From Rhizomicrobium sp. (GTDB taxonomy: Bacteria > Pseudomonadota > Alphaproteobacteria > Micropepsales > Micropepsaceae): 64,000 nt of DNA. Of the stretch, positions 1 to 8,173 are shown one piece after another. The stretch covers positions 251,601-315,600 of the forward strand of contig DASZQV010000007.1 in assembly GCA_035549495.1 (NCBI GenBank). The letters run 5' to 3'. Each line of letters begins with the position of its first letter. Within the stretch, counting starts at the first letter, position 1. Below the pieces are notes generated by a model. That model searched no databases. It had not been told where the DNA came from and worked only from the letters and a program-made list of their open reading frames with translations. Position numbers and translations under genes: made by a program.

Positions 1-601
1 AGTTGACGATCTCGGAGAACACCTCGCCCAGCGCCTGGTCGAAGGCCTGCACCACCGCGGGCACCGAGTTGGCCGAGGCCACGATCTGGTGCACCGAATT
101 GAGGTTGCCGATGATCTCGCGGCCCTTGGACGGCGCGAGCTTGGCCTGGATGCGCACCATCACGGTCGGGATGCCGTCCGGCTGCGCATAATGCGCCTCG
201 AAATTGCGGATCTCGGCCTGCAGGAAATAATCCGCGTGGAAGCCCTCATTGTCGCCCGACACGGCGTCGATGCGGCCGCTGTTCTCGAACGCCTCGACCA
301 GCGCGTTCTGCACCAGCACCGGCAGGTGATCGCTCCACGCCGAATTGGCATAGAAGTCGATCGACGAATCCGGCTGGATCAGCGCGATGCGCGCATTCTC
401 GAGATGCTCCGACACCGTGGTCGTCGTCACCACCAGCGAGGCTTGGGTCTTGGGCCCCGCGGTCGAGACGCCGCCGCGCGGCTGGAGCACATAAAGCTGC
501 TGCGGCGTCGAGGTCGGGCCGATCAGGTCGCTGCAGCCGGCGAGGAGGAACGCGGAGGCGCCGAGGAGGACGGCGCGGCGGTCGGGAAGAGGCTTGCTCA
601 T
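1..601 (-). CDS. ABC-transport auxiliary lipoprotein (DUF330-type); 3' end lies beyond the window
   Basis: Absent from the ORF track because there is no stop inside the window. Own translation from ATG 601..599 gives MSKPLPDRRAVLLGASAFLLAGCSDLIGPTSTPQQLYVLQP..., a signal peptide with lipobox LLAG|C. ATGA overlap with the stop of the MCE gene. This is the usual 4th gene of Mla/MCE-type operons. Confidence 0.7.
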   Translation of the reverse strand, partial: MSKPLPDRRAVLLGASAFLLAGCSDLIGPTSTPQQLYVLQPRGGVSTAGPKTQASLVVTTTTVSEHLENARIALIQPDSSIDFYANSAWSDHLPVLVQNALVEAFENSGRIDAVSGDNEGFHADYFLQAEIRNFEAHYAQPDGIPTVMVRIQAKLAPSKGREIIGNLNSVHQIVASANSVPAVVQAFDQALGEVFSEIVN

Positions 602-1467
602 TTGGGGGTGTATCCTTTGCGACGGTCGCCGAAGAGGAGCTTGGTGGGCTGGCGGTCGAGGCCGTTGGAGAGCCGCGTCAGGCTGGTGACCAGCCCGCGG
701 GTCTCGCGCAGCAGGTCGGTGAGCTGGCCCAGCCCCTCGCCGTTGACGAAGGCGTCGGCGTCGGCGGAGAGCTTGCCGAACTTCTTGATGGAGTCGTCCG
801 CATCCGTGAGCGTCGGCCCGAGCTTCACCGAGGCCTCTTTCAGCGTCTTCGAGGCGGCCGAGAAATTCGCCAAGGTCGCGTCGATGTCGTTCGAGCGCCG
901 CGCCAAGGTCGTCGTGGTCTCGTCGAGATTGGCGATGATGTGCCCGAAGGCCTCGCGATTGCTGTCGTTCAAGAGGTCGTTCACCCGGTCGGCCGCCTTG
1001 TTGAGCTTCTCCAGAAGCTTGGGCGCGCTTTGCGCCAGCTGCTGCAGGGTCGACTGGCTGGACTTGATCACCGGGATGTCGCCGGGCGCCGCGGGCACCA
1101 GCTCGGGCGCGGTCCTGGTGCCGCCGCTGATCTCGACATAGGAGCCGCCGGTCAGCCCTTCGCTCTCGATGGTCGCGATCGAATCGGTGCGGATGTGCAG
1201 ATCTGGCTTGGTCTGCAGCTTGACGATGACCTTCTGCGGATCGTTGGGATCGAATTTCAGCTCGGTCACGCGGCCCACGTCGATGCCGTTGTAGCGCACC
1301 GTCGTGCCGTCGCCGAGGCCCGTCACCGGGCCTTTGAAATAGGTCTGGTAGTAGACGTATTCCTGGCTGTACTGCGCCCCCGCGAGCCAGAGCAGGGTCA
1401 CCACCAGCCCCAGCATGCAGATCAGCACGAAGGCGCCGACCGCTACGTAATTCGCTTTCGTTTCCAT
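598..1467 (-). CDS. MCE/MlaD-family periplasmic subunit of ABC transporter
   Basis: 289-aa ORF. N-terminal TM anchor (AVGAFVLICMLGLVVTLLWLA) followed by an MCE-domain signature (GLGDGTTVRYNGIDVGRVTEL ... IESEGLTGGSYVEISGG). Confidence 0.9.
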   Translation of the reverse strand: METKANYVAVGAFVLICMLGLVVTLLWLAGAQYSQEYVYYQTYFKGPVTGLGDGTTVRYNGIDVGRVTELKFDPNDPQKVIVKLQTKPDLHIRTDSIATIESEGLTGGSYVEISGGTRTAPELVPAAPGDIPVIKSSQSTLQQLAQSAPKLLEKLNKAADRVNDLLNDSNREAFGHIIANLDETTTTLARRSNDIDATLANFSAASKTLKEASVKLGPTLTDADDSIKKFGKLSADADAFVNGEGLGQLTDLLRETRGLVTSLTRLSNGLDRQPTKLLFGDRRKGYTPK

Positions 1468-1478
1468 CGCCTATGGCC

Positions 1479-2240
1479 TCACTGGTCCAGCGCCGCGCGG
1501 CCGCGGGCGCCGGAGAAATATTCCTGTATCCACGGATCGGGATCCTTGCGGAGCTCGTCGATCGGTCCGACCTTGATCTTCTTGTTGACGAGCACCGCGA
1601 TGCGGTCGGTCGTGGCGCGCAAGGTGTCGAGGTCGTGCGTCACCATGAACACGGTCAGGTTCAGGCTCTTCTGCAGGTCCTTGACCAGCACGTCGAACTG
1701 CGTCGCCGAGATCGGGTCGAGGCCGGCCGTCGGCTCGTCGAGGAAGACGATCTCGGGATCGGCGGCGAGCGCGCGCGCCAGGCCCGCGCGCTTCTTCATG
1801 CCGCCGGAAAGCTCGGAGGGGTATTTCTTCGCCGCGTCCTGCGGCAGGCCGACCATCGAGAGCTTCATCGCGGTCACCTCGTTCATCAGCTCCTGGCTCA
1901 TATGGGTGTATTCGCGCAAGGGCACCTGGATGTTCTCGGCCACGGTCTGCGACGAGAACAGCGCGCCTTCCTGGAACAGCACGCCCCAGCGCATCTGCAC
2001 CGAGTTCTCCGGCCGCTCGCGATGGGGCGACGGGTCCTCGCCGAAGACCTCGACCGTGCCTTCGCGCGCCTTGTTGAGGCCGATGATGGTGCGCAGCAGG
2101 ACCGACTTGCCCGCGCCCGAGCCGCCGACCACGCCGAGCACCTCGCCGCGATAGACGTCGAGGTCGATGTGGTCGTGGATCACGCTGTTGCCGAAGGCGT
2201 TCACCACGCCGCGCACCTTGATGACGACGTCGCGTTCCAT
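1479..2240 (-). CDS. ABC transporter ATP-binding protein (MlaF-like)
   Basis: Walker A GGSGAGKS, signature LSGGMKKR, Walker B IVFLDEPTAGLD, H-loop VTHD. 11-nt gap to the MCE gene. Confidence 0.93.
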   Translation of the reverse strand: MERDVVIKVRGVVNAFGNSVIHDHIDLDVYRGEVLGVVGGSGAGKSVLLRTIIGLNKAREGTVEVFGEDPSPHRERPENSVQMRWGVLFQEGALFSSQTVAENIQVPLREYTHMSQELMNEVTAMKLSMVGLPQDAAKKYPSELSGGMKKRAGLARALAADPEIVFLDEPTAGLDPISATQFDVLVKDLQKSLNLTVFMVTHDLDTLRATTDRIAVLVNKKIKVGPIDELRKDPDPWIQEYFSGARGRAALDQ

Positions 2241-2243
2241 GGC

Positions 2244-3416
2244 CTAGATCTTCAATATCGAGAACAGGATCGAGAACCCGGCGTCGATCACGATCACCAG
2301 GAACACGGATTCGACGACCGAACGCGTGGTCAGCTTGCCGACGCTGGCGGCGTTGCGCTCGACCTGCAGCCCTTCGAAGCAGCCGACCAGGCCGATCACG
2401 ATGGCGAACACCGGCGCCTTGATCAATCCGACCAGGAACGTGTTCATCGTCACCGCCTGGTGCAGCTGGCGCATGAACACCGGCACGGTGATGCCGAGGT
2501 CGAAATAGCACATCACCGCGCCGCCGATCATCGCCATGATGTCGGCATAGAGGGTGAGGAACGGCAGCGCGATCAGAAGGCCGATCACGCGCGGCAGGAC
2601 AAGCACGTCGAAGGTGTTGATGCCGATGGTCTGCAGCGCGTCGATCTCTTCGTTGACGCGCATGGTGCCGATCTGCGCAGTGAAGGCCGAGCCCGAGCGG
2701 CCGGCGATGATGATCGCGGTGACGAGCCCGCCGAGCTCGCGCAGCACGCCGACGCCCAGAAGGTTGATGGTGAAGATCTCGGCGCCGAAACGGCGGAGCT
2801 GATCGGCGCCCTGATAGGCGAGCACGATGCCGATCAAAAAGGCCAGCAGGCCCACGATGGGCAGCGCGTTGATGCCCACCTCTTCGACCTGGTGGAACAG
2901 CGCCGCGACGCGCAGGTTCCCGCGCGGCAGCATGATCGCCTCGATCAGCTCGATGGTGAAGCGGCCGAGATAGCCGAGCATGCGGTAGCCCTGGCGCCCG
3001 GTCTGGACCGTGGCGCGGCCGATGCGCTCGACCATCGGCAGAAGCCCATGGCGCTTGTCGATCACCACCGGCGGCGCGTTGTGCTCCTGCTCGATGGCGT
3101 CGATCAGCGGCGCATAGATCTCGGGCAAGGTGAAGCTCTTGACCCGCTTGCCGGCCGCCTCCAGCCGCTGCTTGGTGCGCACCAGCAGCCAGCCGCCCGA
3201 GCTGTCCAGCCGGGTGATGGCGCTGCCGTCGATCTCGGCGTCCTGGGCGTCATTGGGGGCGTCGTCGGGACGGAAGCCGTGCAGCTCCTTGTCCAGCCGC
3301 GCGGCGTCGCGCACGACCCACTCCCCGCCCGCGACGAATCGCAGGGTCTTCTGCTTCCGCTCGGTGCGGAACCATGCGCGTGTGGGCGCCTGATCGGCGG
3401 TATCTACGGTGCTCAT
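2244..3416 (-). CDS. MlaE-family ABC permease with N-terminal STAS/MlaB-like cytoplasmic extension
   Basis: 390-aa ORF. The C-terminal ~260 aa are a polytopic MlaE-type permease. The first ~130 aa are soluble (TLRFVAGGEWVVRDAARLDKEL...IDGSAITRLDSSGGWLLV). 3-nt gap to the ATPase gene. Confidence 0.88.
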   Translation of the reverse strand: MSTVDTADQAPTRAWFRTERKQKTLRFVAGGEWVVRDAARLDKELHGFRPDDAPNDAQDAEIDGSAITRLDSSGGWLLVRTKQRLEAAGKRVKSFTLPEIYAPLIDAIEQEHNAPPVVIDKRHGLLPMVERIGRATVQTGRQGYRMLGYLGRFTIELIEAIMLPRGNLRVAALFHQVEEVGINALPIVGLLAFLIGIVLAYQGADQLRRFGAEIFTINLLGVGVLRELGGLVTAIIIAGRSGSAFTAQIGTMRVNEEIDALQTIGINTFDVLVLPRVIGLLIALPFLTLYADIMAMIGGAVMCYFDLGITVPVFMRQLHQAVTMNTFLVGLIKAPVFAIVIGLVGCFEGLQVERNAASVGKLTTRSVVESVFLVIVIDAGFSILFSILKI

Positions 3417-3518
3417 CCCAAATCGACTTTAGCCAACCGAGCGGCGGCGCAACAGGCGGTAATGCTTGACCCGCAACCCCAAAGAGGCAAGCTCACGGGA
3501 GACAATGAGGGGTAACGC

Positions 3519-4304
3519 ATGAAGAGGCTGGACGGACGCGTGGCGCTGATCACCGGGGCGGCGAGCGGCATCGGCCGCGCCAGCGCCCTGCTCTTCGCGG
3601 CCGAGGGCGCCAAGGTCGTGGCTTGCGACCGGGCCGAGGCGATCGACGAGACCGCCGGCATGATCGCCAAGGCCGGCGGCACGGCGTTTGCCGTGCGCAT
3701 GGACGCCTCGTCCGAGGACGACGTGGCCGGCGCCGTCGACCTCGCGGTGCGCCAGTTCGGCACGCTCGACACGGTCTATGCCAATGCCGGGGTGAGCGGC
3801 GGCTTCCGCAACTTCCTCGAGCTGTCGGCGCAGGACTGGATGGACGTCCTCAGCGTCAATTTGATCGGCGTGTATCTCGCGATCAAGCACGCGGCGCGGG
3901 TGATGATGCCCAACAAGAAGGGCGCGATCGTCTGCACCGCCTCGGTCGCGGGGCTGCGCTCCGGCGCCGGCGGCGCGCCCTATAGCGCGAGCAAGGCCGG
4001 CGTCATCTCGCTCACGCAATTGAGCGCCAACCTGCTCGCGGGCACGGGCGTGCGCGTCAACGCGATCTGCCCCGGCATCATCGAGACGGGCATGACCAAG
4101 CCGATCTTCGATCACGCCAAGTCGCGCGGCACCGAGGGCAAGATCGGCCAGCTCAATCCCTTGAAGCGCTATGGTCACCCGGAGGAAATCGCCGCGATGG
4201 CGCTGTTCCTCGCTTCGGACGAGGCGTCTTACGTGAACGGCCAGGCTTTCCCGGTCGATGGCGGATTGTCGAGCTCGCATCCGGTGACGGGGAGATGGGG
4301 ATGA
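3519..4304 (+). CDS. SDR-family oxidoreductase
   Basis: TGAASGIG Rossmann motif, NAG, catalytic YSASK, and the PGxIxT motif typical of classical short-chain dehydrogenases. SD-like GAGGGG upstream. Confidence 0.92.
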   Translation: MKRLDGRVALITGAASGIGRASALLFAAEGAKVVACDRAEAIDETAGMIAKAGGTAFAVRMDASSEDDVAGAVDLAVRQFGTLDTVYANAGVSGGFRNFLELSAQDWMDVLSVNLIGVYLAIKHAARVMMPNKKGAIVCTASVAGLRSGAGGAPYSASKAGVISLTQLSANLLAGTGVRVNAICPGIIETGMTKPIFDHAKSRGTEGKIGQLNPLKRYGHPEEIAAMALFLASDEASYVNGQAFPVDGGLSSSHPVTGRWG

Positions 4305-4768
4305 TCCTGGGCCTTTCGCTGCCGGCGTTCACGCTGGTCCATGTGCTCATCACTCTGGTCGCGATCCTGTCGGGCCTGTGGGTGATGCGCGGGATGCTGC
4401 GCTCGGATGCCATGCGCGGCACGACCTTGGTGTTCGTGGTCTTCAGCGCGCTCACCAACCTGACCGGCTTCCTGTTCCCGATCCACGGCCAGACGCCCGC
4501 GCTGACCCTGGGCCTGATCTCGTCGGTCGTGATGCTGGTCCTGATCGTCGCCCGCTACATGTTCGGCATGCGCGGCTTCTGGCGGCCGGTCTATGTCGTG
4601 ACTGCCATGCTCACGCTGTGGTTCAACGTCTTCGTGCTGATCGTGCAGTCGTTCCAGAAGATCGCAGCGCTCCAGCCGCTCGCGCCTTTCGCTACTGTCG
4701 TGCAAGGCCTCGTGCTCGTCCTGTTCGTCGTCGCGGGTTGGCAGGCCTGGAAGCGCTTCCGGCCGTGA
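4301..4768 (+). CDS. small integral membrane protein (4 predicted TM helices), function unknown
   Basis: Hydrophobic 155-157 aa ORF. ATG 4301 gives an ATGA overlap with the SDR stop; the track start 4295 is equally possible. Confidence 0.6.
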   Translation: MILGLSLPAFTLVHVLITLVAILSGLWVMRGMLRSDAMRGTTLVFVVFSALTNLTGFLFPIHGQTPALTLGLISSVVMLVLIVARYMFGMRGFWRPVYVVTAMLTLWFNVFVLIVQSFQKIAALQPLAPFATVVQGLVLVLFVVAGWQAWKRFRP

Positions 4769-5928
4769 TCCGGCGCGTCGCCCTCGTCTTTGCGTTGCTG
4801 CTCGCACCGGCGCAGGCCGACGAGGCGCCGCTCGACAAGGCCTACGACTTCCTCGAACAGATGATGGATTTGCACGCGCACGGCGACACCTTGCGCCTGG
4901 CGCAGAGCTTCGTGGCGACGCCGACCTTCGACAATGGCGACACCAGCTACACCTATGACGACGCGGTGGTGATCGTCGCCCTGCTCGCGCGCCGCACGCC
5001 CGAGGCCAAGAAGCGTGCACGGATATTGGGCGACGCGCTGGTCACTGCGCAGGCGCACGATGCGGCCGGCGACGGGCGGCTGCGCGACGCCTATCACACC
5101 GACCCGTTCCTGAACGCGAGCGGCGCGCCGCGGGTGGCGAGCGCCGGCAGCTACACCGGCAACATGGCCTGGGCGGCGATGGCGCTGCTGCAGCTGTGGC
5201 GCGCGACGCATGACGACTCCTACCGCGACGCCGCGCAGAAGCTCGCCGACTTCATCGTCGCGCAGGCTTACGACGCGCGCGGCAAAGGCGGGTTCACGGG
5301 CGGCTTGAAGGCGGGCGGCGACAAGCTCGAATGGAAATCGACCGAGCACAACATCGACGCTTATGCGCTGTTCAAGATGCTCGGCGACCGCGCCAACGCG
5401 CAACACGCCCTGCGCTTCGTCAAATCGATGTGGAGCCGCAAGGGCGGGCACTATTTCATCGGCACCGGGCTGGACGGCGTCGCCATCAACCGCGACGACC
5501 CGACGCCGGAAGACGTGCAGACCTGGAGCTATCTCTCGACCGGGCTCGCGTCGCATCAAGGCTCGATCGACTGGGCGCTGGCGAACCTCTCGGCGACGAG
5601 CGGCGACTTTCAGGGCCTGAGCTTCGAGGAGCGCGACCGCAGCGGCGTGTGGTTCGAAGGCACGGCCCATGCCGCGGCGGCGCTCGAGGCGCGCGCCGGG
5701 AGCGGCGATCTCGACGCGGCCGAGCTGCTGCTGCTCGACATCGAGACCGGCCAGGCGAGCGCGCCGAACGCCGACGGCTCCGGCATCGACGCGGCGTCGA
5801 AGGACGGGCTCAAGACCGACGACAGCGGCGACGCGTATTACGCAGCACTCCACACCGGCGCCACCGGCTGGTATTGCCTGGCCAAGCTGTCGGCCAATCC
5901 GTTCAAGTTCCCGAAGCGGGTGAAGTAG
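4765..5928 (+). CDS. secreted protein, possible alpha/alpha-toroid (six-hairpin) fold, function unknown
   Basis: Track ORF 4378..5928 trimmed to the in-frame GTG 4765 (GTGA overlap with the upstream stop). This exposes the signal peptide VIRRVALVFALLLAPAQA|DE. Helical-hairpin motifs such as YTGNMAWAAMALLQLWRATHDDSYRDAA suggest the fold, but the fold is only a guess. Confidence 0.65.
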   Translation: MIRRVALVFALLLAPAQADEAPLDKAYDFLEQMMDLHAHGDTLRLAQSFVATPTFDNGDTSYTYDDAVVIVALLARRTPEAKKRARILGDALVTAQAHDAAGDGRLRDAYHTDPFLNASGAPRVASAGSYTGNMAWAAMALLQLWRATHDDSYRDAAQKLADFIVAQAYDARGKGGFTGGLKAGGDKLEWKSTEHNIDAYALFKMLGDRANAQHALRFVKSMWSRKGGHYFIGTGLDGVAINRDDPTPEDVQTWSYLSTGLASHQGSIDWALANLSATSGDFQGLSFEERDRSGVWFEGTAHAAAALEARAGSGDLDAAELLLLDIETGQASAPNADGSGIDAASKDGLKTDDSGDAYYAALHTGATGWYCLAKLSANPFKFPKRVK

Positions 5929-5946
5929 AACTTCAGTTGCGCTTTC

Positions 5947-5984
5947 AAAAGCAGCGGTCCACAGAGATGTAGGCCGCTGTTTTG
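5947..5984 (+). terminator. stem-loop plus T-run downstream of the secreted-protein gene
   Basis: CAGCGG (5952..5957) pairs with CCGCTG (5974..5979). It is flanked by AAAAG and TGTTTTG. Confidence 0.45.
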
Positions 5985-6025
5985 CCATTCACAGATCGCC
6001 GCGGATCGCTGGAAAGCGCGTAGCT

Positions 6026-6059
6026 TTCAGTTCGCTGAATGCACAAATCGTCCACAAAA
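6026..6059. repeat. left copy of direct repeat flanking the ars cassette
   Basis: TTCAGTT-cgctgaatg-CACAAATCG-tcc-ACAAAA. Compare the right copy at 8121..8145. Confidence 0.6.
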
Positions 6060-6098
6060 CGAGCACACGCGACGGATCAGCGAGAGCACAGGTCCGGC

Positions 6099-6128
6099 TT
6101 GACTCTATTCCTTATTTCAGGAATCAAT
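6099..6128 (+). promoter_or_regulatory. putative arsR promoter with ArsR-type dyad operator
   Basis: -35 TTGACT at 6099..6104. Dyad ATTCCT-N6-AGGAAT at 6107..6124. Weak -10 (AATCAA/ATCAAT) at 6122..6128. No SD before ATG 6134. Confidence 0.4.
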
Positions 6129-6133
6129 GAAAT

Positions 6134-6520
6134 ATGGAAATAGAACTTGCCATCAAGCGGCTGTCGGCAATCTCGCAAGAGGCGCGGCTGGAGGTCTTCC
6201 GCCTTCTCGTGAAGGCGGGCCCTGAAGGTATGGCGGCAGGCGAGGTGGCGCGGACGCTCGGCGTCGCCGCCAACACGCTCTCGGCCCAACTCCTCATCCT
6301 CTCGAACGCCGGGCTCATGCGGGCGCGGCGCGAGGGCCGCTCGATCATCTACGCCGTCAATTTCGAGGCGATGCGCGATCTCCTGGTCTTCCTGACCGAA
6401 GATTGCTGTGCCGGCCGCGCCGAAATGTGCGCGCCCCTGGCCGAAATCGCCTCGCGCTGTTGCGACACCAAACCCGGAGCCCACCATGAAGCGCCTGCAC
6501 GTTCACGTCGCCGTGGATGA
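6134..6520 (+). CDS. arsR: ArsR/SmtB-family metalloregulator
   Basis: Winged-helix ArsR signature (LSAISQEARLEVFRLLVKAG...GEVARTLGVAANTLSAQLLILSNAGLMRARREGRSIIY) plus Cys-rich C-terminus (CCAGRAEMC...CC). First gene of the ars operon. Confidence 0.88.
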   Translation: MEIELAIKRLSAISQEARLEVFRLLVKAGPEGMAAGEVARTLGVAANTLSAQLLILSNAGLMRARREGRSIIYAVNFEAMRDLLVFLTEDCCAGRAEMCAPLAEIASRCCDTKPGAHHEAPARSRRRG

Positions 6521-6932
6521 CCTCGACCGGTCCATCGGCTTCTACTCCACCCTGTTCGCCGCCGAGCCGTCGGTCGTGAAGCCCGACTACGCCAAATGGA
6601 TGCTCGACGACCCGCGCGTGAATTTTGCTATCTCTACGCGTGCAGGCCGCGCGGACGGCGTGGACCACCTCGGCATCCAGGTTGAGACCGACGACGAGCT
6701 GCGCGAGTTGGCGGGTCGGCTCAAGGCGGCAGGCGAGACTACGCGCGATCAGGAAGCCACAACCTGCTGCTACGCACAGTCGAACAAGGCATGGGTGAAC
6801 GACCCGTCCGGCATCCGCTGGGAGACGTTTTTCACCTTCGGAGAGGCGACGTCCTATAGCGAGGACGAGCCTGCCGTCGAAGTCGTGCAAACATCGCGCT
6901 GTGCGCCAAAAGCCACAGAAGCTTGTTGCTGA
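6486..6932 (+). CDS. arsI: ArsI/CadI-type VOC (glyoxalase-fold) metalloenzyme, candidate C-As lyase
   Basis: Track ORF trimmed to MKRLHVHVAVDDLDRS... Has VOC-fold metal ligands (HVH near the N-terminus, DHLGIQV, WETF) and the vicinal Cys pair TTCCYA characteristic of ArsI. Sits between arsR and arsC. Confidence 0.78.
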   Translation: MKRLHVHVAVDDLDRSIGFYSTLFAAEPSVVKPDYAKWMLDDPRVNFAISTRAGRADGVDHLGIQVETDDELRELAGRLKAAGETTRDQEATTCCYAQSNKAWVNDPSGIRWETFFTFGEATSYSEDEPAVEVVQTSRCAPKATEACC

Positions 6933-7459
6933 TGCGCGCGGACCAACCCACGCGCCCATACAACGTGCTCTTTCTCTGCACGGGCAATTCGGCGCGCTCT
7001 ATCCTGGGCGAGGCAATCCTGAATAAGATCGGCGGCGACAAGTTCGTCGCGTACTCGGCGGGATCGCAGCCCAAGGGGGCGGTGCATCCCCAGACGCTCG
7101 CGCTCCTCGACCGCCTCGGCTTTTCGACAAGCGGACTGCGCTCAAAAAATTGGGACGAATTCGCGGTGCCTGGCGCTCCGCCCTTGGATTTCGTCTTCAC
7201 CGTCTGCGACAACGCGGCGAACGAGGTGTGCCCCGTTTGGCCGGGCCAACCCATGACGGCGCATTGGGGCGTTCCCGATCCGGCAGCGGTCGCGGGCACG
7301 GATGACCAGATCGCCGCCGCCTTCCGCGACACGTTTCTCCTGCTTCAGCGGCGTATCGAGCTTTTCGCCAACCTGCCTGTGAAAAGCCTCGACCGCATGT
7401 CGCTCAAGAAACGGCTCGATGAGATCGGCCGCACAGCGGACGAGAAGGCTTCGGCGTGA
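6932..7459 (+). CDS. arsC: arsenate reductase, LMW-PTPase type
   Basis: CTGNSARS P-loop (VLFLCTGNSARS) and downstream Cys/Asp motifs. ATG 6932 overlaps the arsI stop (TGATG). The track start 6923 is a TTG. Confidence 0.9.
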   Translation: MRADQPTRPYNVLFLCTGNSARSILGEAILNKIGGDKFVAYSAGSQPKGAVHPQTLALLDRLGFSTSGLRSKNWDEFAVPGAPPLDFVFTVCDNAANEVCPVWPGQPMTAHWGVPDPAAVAGTDDQIAAAFRDTFLLLQRRIELFANLPVKSLDRMSLKKRLDEIGRTADEKASA

Positions 7460-8118
7460 TCGCACGTCGTCTTGTCGCGGAAGCGCTGGGCACCGCGCTT
7501 CTCCTCGCGGCCGTCGTGGGCTCGGGCATCATGGGAGAGCGGCTCGCGGGCGGTAACGTCGCCATCGCGCTTCTCGCCAACTCCATAGCGACCGGCGCAG
7601 CGCTCGCGGTCCTCATCTCCATCTTCGGACCAATATCGGGCGCGCACTTCAATCCGGCGGTCTCGCTCTATTTCGCGCTGCGGCGCGAGATCGAGCCAAG
7701 TTCGGCTGCGCTCTATGTCCTCGCGCAGATCGTCGGAGCCGTCGCGGGCGTATGGACCGCACACGCCATGTTCGCCATGCCCATCATCGAGGTATCACAC
7801 AAGCTCCGCGACGGTCCGGCGCAATGGTGGGCGGAGTTCGTCGCCACGTTCGGCCTATTGGCGACTATCGCAGGCGCGCTCCGCTTCAACCGACCCGCCG
7901 CCGCCTATCTCGTCGCCCTCTACATCACGGCGGCGTACTGGTTCACGGCGTCTACGTCGTTCGCCAATCCGGCGGTGTCCATCGCGCGCATGATGACCGA
8001 CAGTTTCGCGGGAATTGCACCCAGTTCCGCTCCCTCATTCATTATCGCGCAACTCATGGCGACGTGGACCGCTTATCTCTCGTTTGGTTGGTTGTTTGAG
8101 GTCCGCCACGAGGGCTGA
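7456..8118 (+). CDS. aqpS: MIP-family aquaglyceroporin (arsenite channel AqpS-like)
   Basis: Two NPA boxes (HFNPAV, FANPAV) and six TM segments. GTGA overlap with the arsC stop. Last gene of the ars operon, as in Sinorhizobium-type ars clusters. Confidence 0.85.
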   Translation: MIARRLVAEALGTALLLAAVVGSGIMGERLAGGNVAIALLANSIATGAALAVLISIFGPISGAHFNPAVSLYFALRREIEPSSAALYVLAQIVGAVAGVWTAHAMFAMPIIEVSHKLRDGPAQWWAEFVATFGLLATIAGALRFNRPAAAYLVALYITAAYWFTASTSFANPAVSIARMMTDSFAGIAPSSAPSFIIAQLMATWTAYLSFGWLFEVRHEG

Positions 8119-8120
8119 TG

Positions 8121-8145
8121 TTCAGTTCACAAATCGCTTACAAAA
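8121..8145. repeat. right copy of direct repeat flanking the ars cassette
   Basis: TTCAGTT-CACAAATCG-ctt-ACAAAA starts 3 nt after the aqpS stop. 22 of 25 aligned positions match the left copy. Confidence 0.6.
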
Positions 8146-8173
8146 ATAAACCGATCAAAATAGATTAGTCGCC

